Source of the DNA: an uncultured archaeon
GTDB taxonomy: Archaea; Asgardarchaeota; Thorarchaeia; Thorarchaeales; Thorarchaeaceae
Reading direction: 5' to 3'
Assembly: GCA_964354495.1 (NCBI GenBank)
Contig: CAYHAA010000001.1
Span: forward strand, 257,870-321,869
Length of the DNA stretch: 64,000 nucleotides
Of the stretch, positions 25,692-34,112 are shown piece by piece. Position 1 is the first letter of the stretch, and each line of letters begins with the position of its first letter. A program made the translations under genes and the position numbers. The notes under the pieces are model-generated. The model did no database searches. It was not told where the DNA came from and was given only the letters and a program-made list of their open reading frames with translations.

Positions 25692-25844
25692 AATGGCATG
25701 AGCTAATGGAGTATCGGCCGGCTAATCTTTTCCACAAGTTCATCTCGCCTCTCAGATGGGGCCCAGAGGTGTCTGCAGAAGAAGCAGTGGAGCTGCGTGT
25801 GACAATACTTGTTGAGCATTATGGTTCCTTAAAATAAGGACAGC

Positions 25845-26819
25845 TCAGAGTCTTGTGAGAATCTGTAGTATGTTGTCAAAGTTGTGTTCTACTGTTCTGC
25901 TCTTTTCTGCGTACTGGGCCAGAACGGCGAGCCTCTCGTCCTGCCTTGCACGCGCTGCGAATCTCTCTGAACGTATCTCTTCGTGTATGGCTGCGTTAAT
26001 CGAGAGTATCTCGTCAGAAGTTCTTAGGACGTATTGTAGCATCTTGATCACCAGCTTGAAATCATTGATATCTCTGAGTTGTAGTGTCTGGCTATAGAAT
26101 TGGAACTCAAGTCTTGCTAGTCGTTCACGCATTCTGATGAGCTCCAAAAGCCAATTCGGGGCTTTTTCCTCCACCAATTTGCTGCCGAGCTCTGACCAGT
26201 GCTGTTGTTGATCCAGCAATTGGACGAGATAGCTGCGAAGGAATCCGAAATGGTCGACACCGTTTTCAATTTCCTCTTCAGTTCCAATTGGCCGCATCAT
26301 TCTATCCATTTGGCTATGCTTCACTGCAATCTTGAGCGAGAACTTATCCACGTACCGCTTTATTTCGTCGGTCTTCTCCTTCTTTGACATAAGATCTGCA
26401 AATGTATCCCCAAGGGTCAGAATGAACTTGTAGAGGCACTCGGAGCATATCTCTGCATCAGCGGTCGCCTCTTTTGTCGAGAGGAATTGCAGAGCGTCTT
26501 CAAGGTCATCTCCGGGAACATCCTTTCCATGAATCCTCAGCACCCAGCCTTGTGAAATACAATACACTCTATTGTCAGGATAGTTGATGAAAATCGAGGC
26601 GTAACATATGTTGCCCTCGGTAGCTCGTTCTTCTTTCATGCTCTCCTTGTCTGTGTGAAAGCCAAAGATTGAGGGGTCAATCTCTATTGCTTCAATCTCC
26701 AAAACGCTATCATCATTGACACAGAGTTTCTCGTCTCCGAAAACCTTGTAACATGGGCATCCCCGGACCATTCTAATCGAAGACATTTCTCGTTCTCCAG
26801 GCATTTTACTCTGTGCCAT
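25845..26819 (-). CDS. Cys-rich protein of unknown family, paralogue B (324 aa)
   Basis: ATG start. The N-terminal ~150 aa share conserved blocks with the upstream neighbour: VRGCPCYKVF..EKLCVNDDSVL, ICYASIFINY..RVYCISQ, DALQFLSTKE, EICSECLYKFILTLGD. The C-terminal half is helical. No family recognised. Confidence 0.55.
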   Translation of the reverse strand: MAQSKMPGEREMSSIRMVRGCPCYKVFGDEKLCVNDDSVLEIEAIEIDPSIFGFHTDKESMKEERATEGNICYASIFINYPDNRVYCISQGWVLRIHGKDVPGDDLEDALQFLSTKEATADAEICSECLYKFILTLGDTFADLMSKKEKTDEIKRYVDKFSLKIAVKHSQMDRMMRPIGTEEEIENGVDHFGFLRSYLVQLLDQQQHWSELGSKLVEEKAPNWLLELIRMRERLARLEFQFYSQTLQLRDINDFKLVIKMLQYVLRTSDEILSINAAIHEEIRSERFAARARQDERLAVLAQYAEKSRTVEHNFDNILQILTRL

Positions 26820-26886
26820 TTCAGATTAGCCAAGCAGAGAATCATCCAGAACACCAATATTACCACTATTAGATTTATAGTAGTTA

Positions 26887-27885
26887 TTATGTGGTATGTG
26901 CGTCAATCTCGCTGAGTACCCTCACAAGATTGCTGAATCTGTACTCAGTGTTCATCCTCTTCTGAGAATGTTTCCTGAACTTCTCTTGAACTTCTGTGCT
27001 CATCAGGTTTCGCTCTATGATGATGTTGGTCTTTTCTCGAATCATATCACTGAGCTTGATTACTCTTTCAGAAATACTCACCATGAATCTTAGCGTGCTT
27101 AGGGCATCGATTTCGCTTGAAGTGCTCTCCAATTCTAGAACCTGAGCGAGAAATACACCTTCGAGTCGATAGAATGTACTATAATGATCAACAAGCTCGA
27201 GGAGCATCTTATCAGCGTTGGCTTTCTTTAGTTTCATTGTAAGAGCAGCCCATTGCGACCGTGACTGATTGATTCTCTTGATGTATTTTTTCACATGCTC
27301 CTGATACCCTGTATCGGAGGAGATACTCGACCCATAGCTGCTTAGTTCCGCTGCCATCCTTCTCGATACCTCTCGTACATAAGAAGTGACGATTTCTTCT
27401 CTTTCGAGGTCATTAAGGAAGCCGGATGAAGCCTCTCCAAGAGTCTTCAGGTACTTGTAAAGACAGTCAGAGCAGATTACTCCATCTCTGCTCTTCTCAG
27501 TGGACGTGACGAACTGGAGGGCGCTATCGATTTCAGCTGTCTTGACATCCTTCTTATTGATATTGATTCTCTGTGCTTGGCTGACACAATAGCAGTGCCC
27601 CTCCTTCCTATCCAAGTAGATGAGGAGGTAACACATGCTTGCGTTGTTACTCTTGTATTGAACGAGGTCCTCAACAGCATCGATTCGTTCAAAGAATGAC
27701 GGATCTACAGATATGGCATTGATTGGCAATACATCATCAGAGTTCAGGCAGACCTTCTCTTTTTCTAGACCAATGAACTCTTTATAGCAGGGGCACCCCT
27801 TGACTAATTTTGTCTTGACCTGCTCACCCCTCACCAATGATGTTTCCGCGTCGAGTTGGGAGGCTTCAGGTCCTATCAATAGCAC
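26887..27885 (-). CDS. Cys-rich protein of unknown family, paralogue A (332 aa)
   Basis: GTG start. It carries VKGCPCYKEF..EKVCLNSDDVL, MCYLLIYLDR..HCYCVSQ, SALQFVTSTE and VICSDCLYKYLKTLGE, aligning block-for-block with paralogue B. A TATA-like AT-rich box lies ~35 bp upstream. Confidence 0.55.
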   Translation of the reverse strand: MLLIGPEASQLDAETSLVRGEQVKTKLVKGCPCYKEFIGLEKEKVCLNSDDVLPINAISVDPSFFERIDAVEDLVQYKSNNASMCYLLIYLDRKEGHCYCVSQAQRININKKDVKTAEIDSALQFVTSTEKSRDGVICSDCLYKYLKTLGEASSGFLNDLEREEIVTSYVREVSRRMAAELSSYGSSISSDTGYQEHVKKYIKRINQSRSQWAALTMKLKKANADKMLLELVDHYSTFYRLEGVFLAQVLELESTSSEIDALSTLRFMVSISERVIKLSDMIREKTNIIIERNLMSTEVQEKFRKHSQKRMNTEYRFSNLVRVLSEIDAHTT

Positions 27886-27911
27886 ACTCCTAAGGTAGGC
27901 CGGACGACCGC

Positions 27912-27935
27912 TGTATTATTATCTTATAATAGGTT
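27912..27935 (-). promoter_or_regulatory. Candidate archaeal TATA box (CCTATTATAAGATAATAATA on minus strand) for paralogue A
   Basis: An AT-rich TTATAA-containing element lies 30-50 bp upstream of the 27885 GTG start. The surrounding DNA is GC-richer. Confidence 0.3.
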
Positions 27936-28071
27936 TGGATATGAAGATTCCTATTTCGGAAATCTTGTATCTATCCCCGCGCGCCACTGCAAAGCCTCCA
28001 TGCTTCCTCTCCTTTTCAATCAATCTCGCATGGTGAAATGATGAATCGGGACTGGGCGAAGTATGACTGAC

Positions 28072-28212
28072 TTAGCCCCAGAGTTCTCTCTTCAGAAGAT
28101 CACGAATGGCGATTCTGATTGCCTCTGACCTATTCGGGTAGAGATTATTCGCAACTAGACGTTCAAGTCCTTCTACATATTGCTCTGGAATGTGCAGTGT
28201 TACCAGCTTCAT
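28072..28212 (-). CDS. Ribbon-helix-helix (CopG/Arc/MetJ-family) DNA-binding protein, 46 aa; missing from the ORF track (below size cutoff)
   Basis: The reverse-complement ATG at 28212 runs to a TAA at 28072..28074. It encodes MKLVTLHIPEQYVEGLERLVANNLYPNRSEAIRIAIRDLLKRELWG. This is a beta-strand (KLVTLHIPEQ) followed by two helices with the SEAIRIAIRxLL signature of RHH repressors. It has the same orientation as the two paralogues downstream. Confidence 0.55.
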   Translation of the reverse strand: MKLVTLHIPEQYVEGLERLVANNLYPNRSEAIRIAIRDLLKRELWG

Positions 28213-28336
28213 ATTGAGTAATCACCTAGAGCATCTCTGTGTCATACTTGAATATGGTTGTGAGTAATACTCACTGGGTATTGAAAATCGCAATCCTGAT
28301 ATCGCTTCGACTCAAATACCAATCACGAGTGAAACA

Positions 28337-28630
28337 ATGGGCAACTGGGAGGATTGGAGAAGAAAGTCTTGGAGCTACTATGCATGTCTACTGCTATTAC
28401 TTTCTCCTCTGATTCTAATCCTCTCTGAGATGTTTCTTACAGCAATGTATCTAGGTGTCGACGCAATAGTTCCGTTCTTTGTGTTTGCAGTCTTTGTCAT
28501 CGTTCTTGTTTTTGGTCTTGGTGTAAAGTATCGATATCGTGGAATAAATCCTGCGTCAAGAAATATCATCAATGCGGTTGACGACTACTATTACGAACGG
28601 ACTAGAGCTGATGAATCGGATTATCCTTAG
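28337..28630 (+). CDS. Small membrane protein (2 TM helices)
   Basis: Two long hydrophobic stretches (YYACLLLLLSPLILIL; IVPFFVFAVFVIVLVFGLGV). Divergent from the RHH gene. Confidence 0.3.
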   Translation: MGNWEDWRRKSWSYYACLLLLLSPLILILSEMFLTAMYLGVDAIVPFFVFAVFVIVLVFGLGVKYRYRGINPASRNIINAVDDYYYERTRADESDYP

Positions 28631-28735
28631 GAGGACACTGCAGTGCTCTATACAACTCACAGTTCAGGATTAGCCGTCAGGAGAGAAGTTATATTCAGTC
28701 ATATTCGACCCACGACCTGTGCCCAACTGTAGGTC

Positions 28736-30862
28736 GTGTTGAACGTGGACAGGCAAAAAGGCATTGACAGTCTATTCAATCCTCGCTCAATTGCGGTGAT
28801 TGGAGCATCAGAGGTTCGTGGAAAGCTCGGAAACGATGTTATGCGTAATCTCATCGAAAGTGGTTACGAACGTCGAATCTATCCCATCAATCCGAAAGCA
28901 GGCGAGATTCTTGGTCATAAGGTATTCAGATCGGTGAAAGATGTCCCTGGGGAAGTAGATGTTGCAGTGATTGTAATTCCTGCAAAATTCGTCCTCGAAG
29001 CCGTCGAGGAATGCGGTAAGAAGGGCGTGAAGGCTCTAGTGATTATCTCTGCAGGTTTCAAAGAGATTGGTCATGAGGGACAAGAGGCTGAGAGAATGCT
29101 TGCCACCCTTGCTGAGAAGTATGAGATGGTGATTCAAGGTCCAAACTGCCTTGGTATCATCAACACCTCAGCTCCATACAATGCATCATTTTCATCTGGA
29201 ACTCCAAGCAAGGGAGTCATTGCATTTGCCTCACAGTCAGGCGCACTGATGACAGGAATTCTAGATTGGAGTCTCATGGAAAGAATTGGTTTCTCCAAGT
29301 TTGTAAGCCTCGGAAACAAGGCTCATCTCGATGAAGCCGATTTTGTTGAAGCCTTTGGAAGAGACCCTGACTCGACTTTTGTTCTTCTGTACATTGAATC
29401 CGTGGTAGATGGAAACAAGTTCATGGAAGCATGCCGTAAAGTCGTACAACACAAACCGATTTTTGTGGTCAAGTCTGGTGTAAGTACTGCGGGTGCAAGG
29501 GCTGCATCATCACATACCGGTTCGCTTGCCGGTAGTGACATAGCCTATGATGTTGCCTTCAAACAATGTGGAGTTCGGCGGGCAAGTAGCATGGCCTCTC
29601 TTTTCGACATCGCTGCAGTCTTTGATAACATGCACCTCCCGTCTGGCAATCGCGTGGCGATTGTCACCAATGCTGGAGGCCCAGGTATTCTCACAACTGA
29701 TGCATGCGAGGCAAGCGGACTCAAGATTGCTCAGTTGACATCGGCGACAGTAGAATGTCTAAAAGCGAATCTGCCTCCTGCGGCTGCAGTCTACAATCCT
29801 ATTGATGCACTCGGAACTGCACAGCCTGAGGACTATGAGCTTTGTATCGAGGCTGCACTTAGAGACGAGAATGTTGACTCGGTGCTCGTGTTGCTTACTC
29901 CTCAAGCCATGACGAAACAGACTGAAACTGCACAGGTGATTGTAAGCATCCACACGAAATACCCCAAGAAACCAGTCATAGCGGTCTTTATGGGTGGCAA
30001 CTCAATGGTCTACCCACGAATAGTGCTGACAGAGGGTCACATACCGGTATTTGACTTTCCCGAGCGAGCGGTGCATGCGCTGGCTGAACTCTACAAATAC
30101 ACAGTGAGTCGGGATAGCCTCAAGGATGAGTCAATACCACGATTCAAAGCTGATAAGAAGAAAGTCGAGAAGATCATCAGCGATGTAAGAACAGATAGAC
30201 GTAGAGTCCTCCTTGGTAGTGAGGCACATGCAATAGCCGAGGCGTACGACATACCAGTTGCCAAGATTCGTCTTGCGACAAGCTCTGAAGAAGCAAAGGT
30301 TCTAGCAGAGGAACTGGGATATCCTGTTGTACTGAAGATCGCCAGTCCAGACATAGTTCACAAGAGCGATATCGGGGGAATAAAGGTAGGTCTCAAGACT
30401 CCTGAAGAGATTGAAGCTGCATTCCTACAGATATTGGACAATGCTAAGGCACAGATGCCCAAGGCCATCATCTATGGTGTTGATATTCAAGAGATGGCTG
30501 AAAAGGGCAAGGAGTTGATTATTGGCTGTTCCAGAGATGTTCAGTTCGGCCCTCTGATCATGTTTGGCGCAGGAGGCATCTTTGTCAATTATTTGAAAGA
30601 CATCGGATTCCGTCTTGCTCCTATGACAAGATCTGATGCAAGCGATTTGATCATGGAGACCAAGATTGGTACGCTTCTCAGGGGTGTACGAGGAGAGGCT
30701 CCGAGTGATGTAGCCGCTATAGAAGATACAATCCTGAAGATTAGTCAGCTTGTGACGGATTTCCAGGAAATTGTTGAATTGGATATCAATCCTGCATTTG
30801 CCTATGAGAAGGGGAAAGGCGTTTCTGCTGTTGACGTCAAGATAACGATAGGAGGTCCATAA
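28736..30862 (+). CDS. Acetyl-CoA synthetase (ADP-forming), fused alpha-beta (ACD; NDP-forming acyl-CoA synthetase)
   Basis: N-terminal CoA-binding Rossmann LFNPRSIAVIGAS, a succinyl-CoA-synthetase-like ligase/CoA domain, and a C-terminal ATP-grasp half (GYPVVLKIASPDIVHKSDIGG). 708 aa, typical of fused ACD. GTG start. Confidence 0.85.
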   Translation: MLNVDRQKGIDSLFNPRSIAVIGASEVRGKLGNDVMRNLIESGYERRIYPINPKAGEILGHKVFRSVKDVPGEVDVAVIVIPAKFVLEAVEECGKKGVKALVIISAGFKEIGHEGQEAERMLATLAEKYEMVIQGPNCLGIINTSAPYNASFSSGTPSKGVIAFASQSGALMTGILDWSLMERIGFSKFVSLGNKAHLDEADFVEAFGRDPDSTFVLLYIESVVDGNKFMEACRKVVQHKPIFVVKSGVSTAGARAASSHTGSLAGSDIAYDVAFKQCGVRRASSMASLFDIAAVFDNMHLPSGNRVAIVTNAGGPGILTTDACEASGLKIAQLTSATVECLKANLPPAAAVYNPIDALGTAQPEDYELCIEAALRDENVDSVLVLLTPQAMTKQTETAQVIVSIHTKYPKKPVIAVFMGGNSMVYPRIVLTEGHIPVFDFPERAVHALAELYKYTVSRDSLKDESIPRFKADKKKVEKIISDVRTDRRRVLLGSEAHAIAEAYDIPVAKIRLATSSEEAKVLAEELGYPVVLKIASPDIVHKSDIGGIKVGLKTPEEIEAAFLQILDNAKAQMPKAIIYGVDIQEMAEKGKELIIGCSRDVQFGPLIMFGAGGIFVNYLKDIGFRLAPMTRSDASDLIMETKIGTLLRGVRGEAPSDVAAIEDTILKISQLVTDFQEIVELDINPAFAYEKGKGVSAVDVKITIGGP

Positions 30863-30864
30863 GG

Positions 30865-31929
30865 ATGGCGAAGAATATTTTGATCACTGGGGATACAGTG
30901 ACAGGAAAAACGATGGTTGCGATTGCTCTGGCAAGCAAACTCAGAGCTGAAAAGAAATCCGTTGGCTACTTCAAGCCATCAGGCATCAAGAGTTATATCC
31001 ATAGCACATCCGACGAAGACGTGGATGAGGACGCTGCGGTCATGAAAGAGATTCTTGGCATGAAAGAGCGTTTGAGTTGCATCTGCCCAATAGTACGTCA
31101 TATGTCAAGCTATGACGAATTGATTCGTATTGGGAAAGAGAAGCTGAAGCAGAAAGTGCAGACATGCTATGCAAAGATTGCAAAGAATCACGATTATGTA
31201 ATCATTGAAGGAGAGAAGTCTCCTTGGTATCTGATGCACGTTGACCTCTCCACCCTCGATATCGCCAGGGATTTGGGAGCCACGGTCATTTGCCTAGTCA
31301 ATTTTCCTGATATTGCGGCCATTGATGATATTCTCCTTCAAAAAGAACTCTTCACCAGATATGGCACATCGAGAATAGGAGTTGTTCTCAATCTCGTTCC
31401 TCCCATGCTAAAGAAAGTCGTTAACGAGAATATTCGTCCATTCCTGGAAGAGCAAGGAATGGTATTCTGTGGTGTTCTATACAACAATAGAGAGCTGTTC
31501 AGCCCTACAGTTGGCGAAATCATGCGGGGGTTAGAAGGGGAGATGGTCATTGGGATGGACAAGATGGACCTTCTCATCGACAAATTCATCGTTGGTAGCA
31601 TGGCTCCTGAGAATGCACTGAAGTGGTTCCGTGAATCGAAGGACAAGGCTGTAATCACAAGTGGCGATAGGACGGACATCTGTCTTGCTGCCCTGGAAAC
31701 TGATACGAATCTTCTGATTCTCACGGGTGGCGTGGGTCCCGATATTGCCACTCTGACCAGAGCCCGCGAACTCGGTGTACCAATCATGATGACCGCTTTG
31801 GATACCTATGCCACGAGCCAAGTTGTTAACGAACTGGTTGGCACTGTGACTGTTGATAACAAGGAGAAGATCGCTGCCGTAGAGAGAATAGTCGGAGAAG
31901 CTCTGTCGATAGAGGATCTCGACCTCTAG
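30865..31929 (+). CDS. Pta N-terminal-like protein (BioD/AAA-like NTPase domain plus DRTGG domain)
   Basis: MAKNILITGDTVTGKTMVAIALASKL is a P-loop-like motif as in the Pta N-terminus/CobQ. VITSGDRTDI matches the DRTGG motif. It starts 2 nt after the ACD stop. Confidence 0.5.
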   Translation: MAKNILITGDTVTGKTMVAIALASKLRAEKKSVGYFKPSGIKSYIHSTSDEDVDEDAAVMKEILGMKERLSCICPIVRHMSSYDELIRIGKEKLKQKVQTCYAKIAKNHDYVIIEGEKSPWYLMHVDLSTLDIARDLGATVICLVNFPDIAAIDDILLQKELFTRYGTSRIGVVLNLVPPMLKKVVNENIRPFLEEQGMVFCGVLYNNRELFSPTVGEIMRGLEGEMVIGMDKMDLLIDKFIVGSMAPENALKWFRESKDKAVITSGDRTDICLAALETDTNLLILTGGVGPDIATLTRARELGVPIMMTALDTYATSQVVNELVGTVTVDNKEKIAAVERIVGEALSIEDLDL

Positions 31930-32432
31930 GGTTGACAACAGCTGCAAGAGACTTGGACAAAGTTGGACAGGTGCTTATATAGTCCAGTACAGACCAATCC
32001 TGTGAGGATGACCTGACATGAACTCTGTCCTCACGGAGTCGAGCCCAGTGCCGTTTCTTGGGCGGACAGCACTCTGATGTCCAAGATTGTCCAATTAACA
32101 ATGAACGGTTCAGTACCATGGGAAAGGGAGGGAGCAATATTGCTCCCGATCTAAGACAAATCGAACGTACAATCGCCGGGAGGAGCCCTTGTACGTTCAA
32201 TGCCGGAATCTGCCTGCCTTCCATAAGTCATCTTGTATAGTTAGGCTAATACACGGTCATTATGCAGACTGTGTCCTATACATCACTCAGACCATCTCAG
32301 CATATTCTAGCCACTCATAAGCATGAAAAGGCGGAAAATCGGGCGACAAGGCCACTCTTTCGTTGTCCAGCAACACATTTATGCCAGCGAAAAGTTATCG
32401 ATTTCTCGTATCTCAAAATTTGAGGTGAACTA

Positions 32433-33197
32433 ATGGCTTCAGATGCTGAAAAGTCGGAGGCTGCCGGTGAAGCAATGGACTCTACGAAGGCTGAACGAGA
32501 ACTTGAGTCCTTGAAGTGGATCCGTGAGCGGCGCTCCATTAGGGAGTTCACTGGTGAAAAAATACCAGATGAGCATATTGAGTTGATCCTCGAAGCGGCG
32601 AGGCATGCTCCCAGTCCTGAGAACATGCTTATGATTCGTTTCGTTGTGATTCGTGATGATCAGGACACGAAGGTGTTTCTTGCTGATATAGCCCAAGAGA
32701 TGGCTCAAACCGCTTTTGGTGGGGCACCCTTTGAGCTCACAAGTGGTCGAAACTGGTTCATAAACGACCCTTATAGGGCCGCTGTCTATGCCCGGCTTCG
32801 AGACGGTGAGTTGTTCCGTTATCCTGAGAAGAGCGATACAGTGATAATCGTGTGCGCGAGCGATGTTTGGACTGATGCAGGTTACCTGTATGAGAATGAC
32901 CTCTTTGGTTCTGTCGTGTCTGGAATGGCCATTATGAACATGTGGTTGACAGCTACAGAACTGGGATATGGCTGCGGCTATGAGGCTCTCGTCTGTTCAG
33001 ATCCCCGTCATGCTGAACTGATTCGTGACAGACTTGGGATTCCTCCCATCTGGAAACCTATCACTGCATTCTGTATTGGAAAGAGGATTTCGCCACGAGC
33101 TCTTGGTCCGAGCAGACCTCCACTTGAGGGTCTGATGTACCAGGAACGCTGGGGATTCCCGTACAAGCGCCTCGCATTCAGGAAGGAGGGCGACTAA
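32433..33197 (+). CDS. Nitroreductase-family protein
   Basis: WIRERRSIREFTGEKIPDEHIELILEAARHAPSPENM is the canonical nitroreductase N-terminal FMN-binding signature. Length 254 aa. Confidence 0.7.
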   Translation: MASDAEKSEAAGEAMDSTKAERELESLKWIRERRSIREFTGEKIPDEHIELILEAARHAPSPENMLMIRFVVIRDDQDTKVFLADIAQEMAQTAFGGAPFELTSGRNWFINDPYRAAVYARLRDGELFRYPEKSDTVIIVCASDVWTDAGYLYENDLFGSVVSGMAIMNMWLTATELGYGCGYEALVCSDPRHAELIRDRLGIPPIWKPITAFCIGKRISPRALGPSRPPLEGLMYQERWGFPYKRLAFRKEGD

Positions 33198-33198
33198 G

Positions 33199-33726
33199 AT
33201 GCAAGTAGAATTCAAAGGCAAAACTCTGGAGAACATGAAGAAACTCGCTGGTGAAGCTGGCCTCACTCCTGCTGGTCTTATCGAGGTGGTCATGCAACAA
33301 TTCGTGGACAATAAGGGTGGCAGAGTCTACACAGGAAGATGGTCGGGGGGAGAGGTCGATGGAGTCAAGGGCATGAGATATGTACCCCAATGGCCGTTTA
33401 GACCCGGCTTCAAGGAGGCGGATGGAAGTGAAGTCAAGCGGTGGAAAGCTGAAACCAAGGCCTTCCGCAAGCATCCGACAGGCGCATGGCCGTTCTATCC
33501 CCATCTGAAAGAGGGAGATATCGAGCATGAATACTGGACCTCGAAGAAGATGTACCATCAATCATTCATGAATGATCGAAAAGGTCGCATTGTGACCCTA
33601 ATGGATGGTGACAAGTATGAGGAATTCCTTAGAACAGTCAAGAAAAGGAAGGGGAATTTCTGGGCTACTAGCGTTGAGCATGTCATGATAGAGGCCATCG
33701 ATGACTGGATGGCTAAGGAGGAATAA
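33199..33726 (+). CDS. Hypothetical protein (175 aa), Trp/Lys-rich
   Basis: It starts 1 nt after the nitroreductase stop, so it is translationally coupled. No motif recognised. Confidence 0.4.
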   Translation: MQVEFKGKTLENMKKLAGEAGLTPAGLIEVVMQQFVDNKGGRVYTGRWSGGEVDGVKGMRYVPQWPFRPGFKEADGSEVKRWKAETKAFRKHPTGAWPFYPHLKEGDIEHEYWTSKKMYHQSFMNDRKGRIVTLMDGDKYEEFLRTVKKRKGNFWATSVEHVMIEAIDDWMAKEE

Positions 33727-33728
33727 GA

Positions 33729-34100
33729 ATGGCATCACAGCTACAGCAATTCTTTGAGTTTTTGATTAGTAAGGTCAAAGACAAAGAAGAGCTTCAAGGA
33801 CATGTTATGAAGTGGATTGGTCCCTATGACGGCAAGATTCTCCAGGTCATTACACCCGACCATGGCGCTCAATACATCGTCGTTCAAAAGGGTGCGCCCT
33901 GGATGTCTCTGCATGAAGGGATATATCCCAGTCCAGATGTCATATACAAGTCGAACTCGGAAACCCTGCTTGGAATATTCACCGGTGAAGTCAACTTCAA
34001 GGACACAATGAAGGACGGTCGCCTGACTGTCATTGGGAATGCCAATGAGAGTGATCCTCTAGCAAACCTGATTCTGGTTGCTATGACTGGTGGTATATAG
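33729..34100 (+). CDS. SCP2 (sterol carrier protein 2)-like lipid-binding domain protein
   Basis: The C-terminal GEVNFKDTMKDGRLTVIGNANESDPLANLIL matches the SCP2 G..K..GN....L..L pattern. It lies at the head of the beta-oxidation-like operon. Confidence 0.5.
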   Translation: MASQLQQFFEFLISKVKDKEELQGHVMKWIGPYDGKILQVITPDHGAQYIVVQKGAPWMSLHEGIYPSPDVIYKSNSETLLGIFTGEVNFKDTMKDGRLTVIGNANESDPLANLILVAMTGGI

Positions 34101-34112
34101 GAGGCATGCCAG

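Noticed and set aside
32058-32240. 60-aa plus-strand ORF and overlapping 132-aa minus-strand ORF in the 503-bp gap
   Set aside because: The composition is Gly/Arg/Ser/Cys-rich and non-protein-like. The minus ORF overlaps the 3' end of the DRTGG gene. There are no motifs. I treat the region as non-coding.
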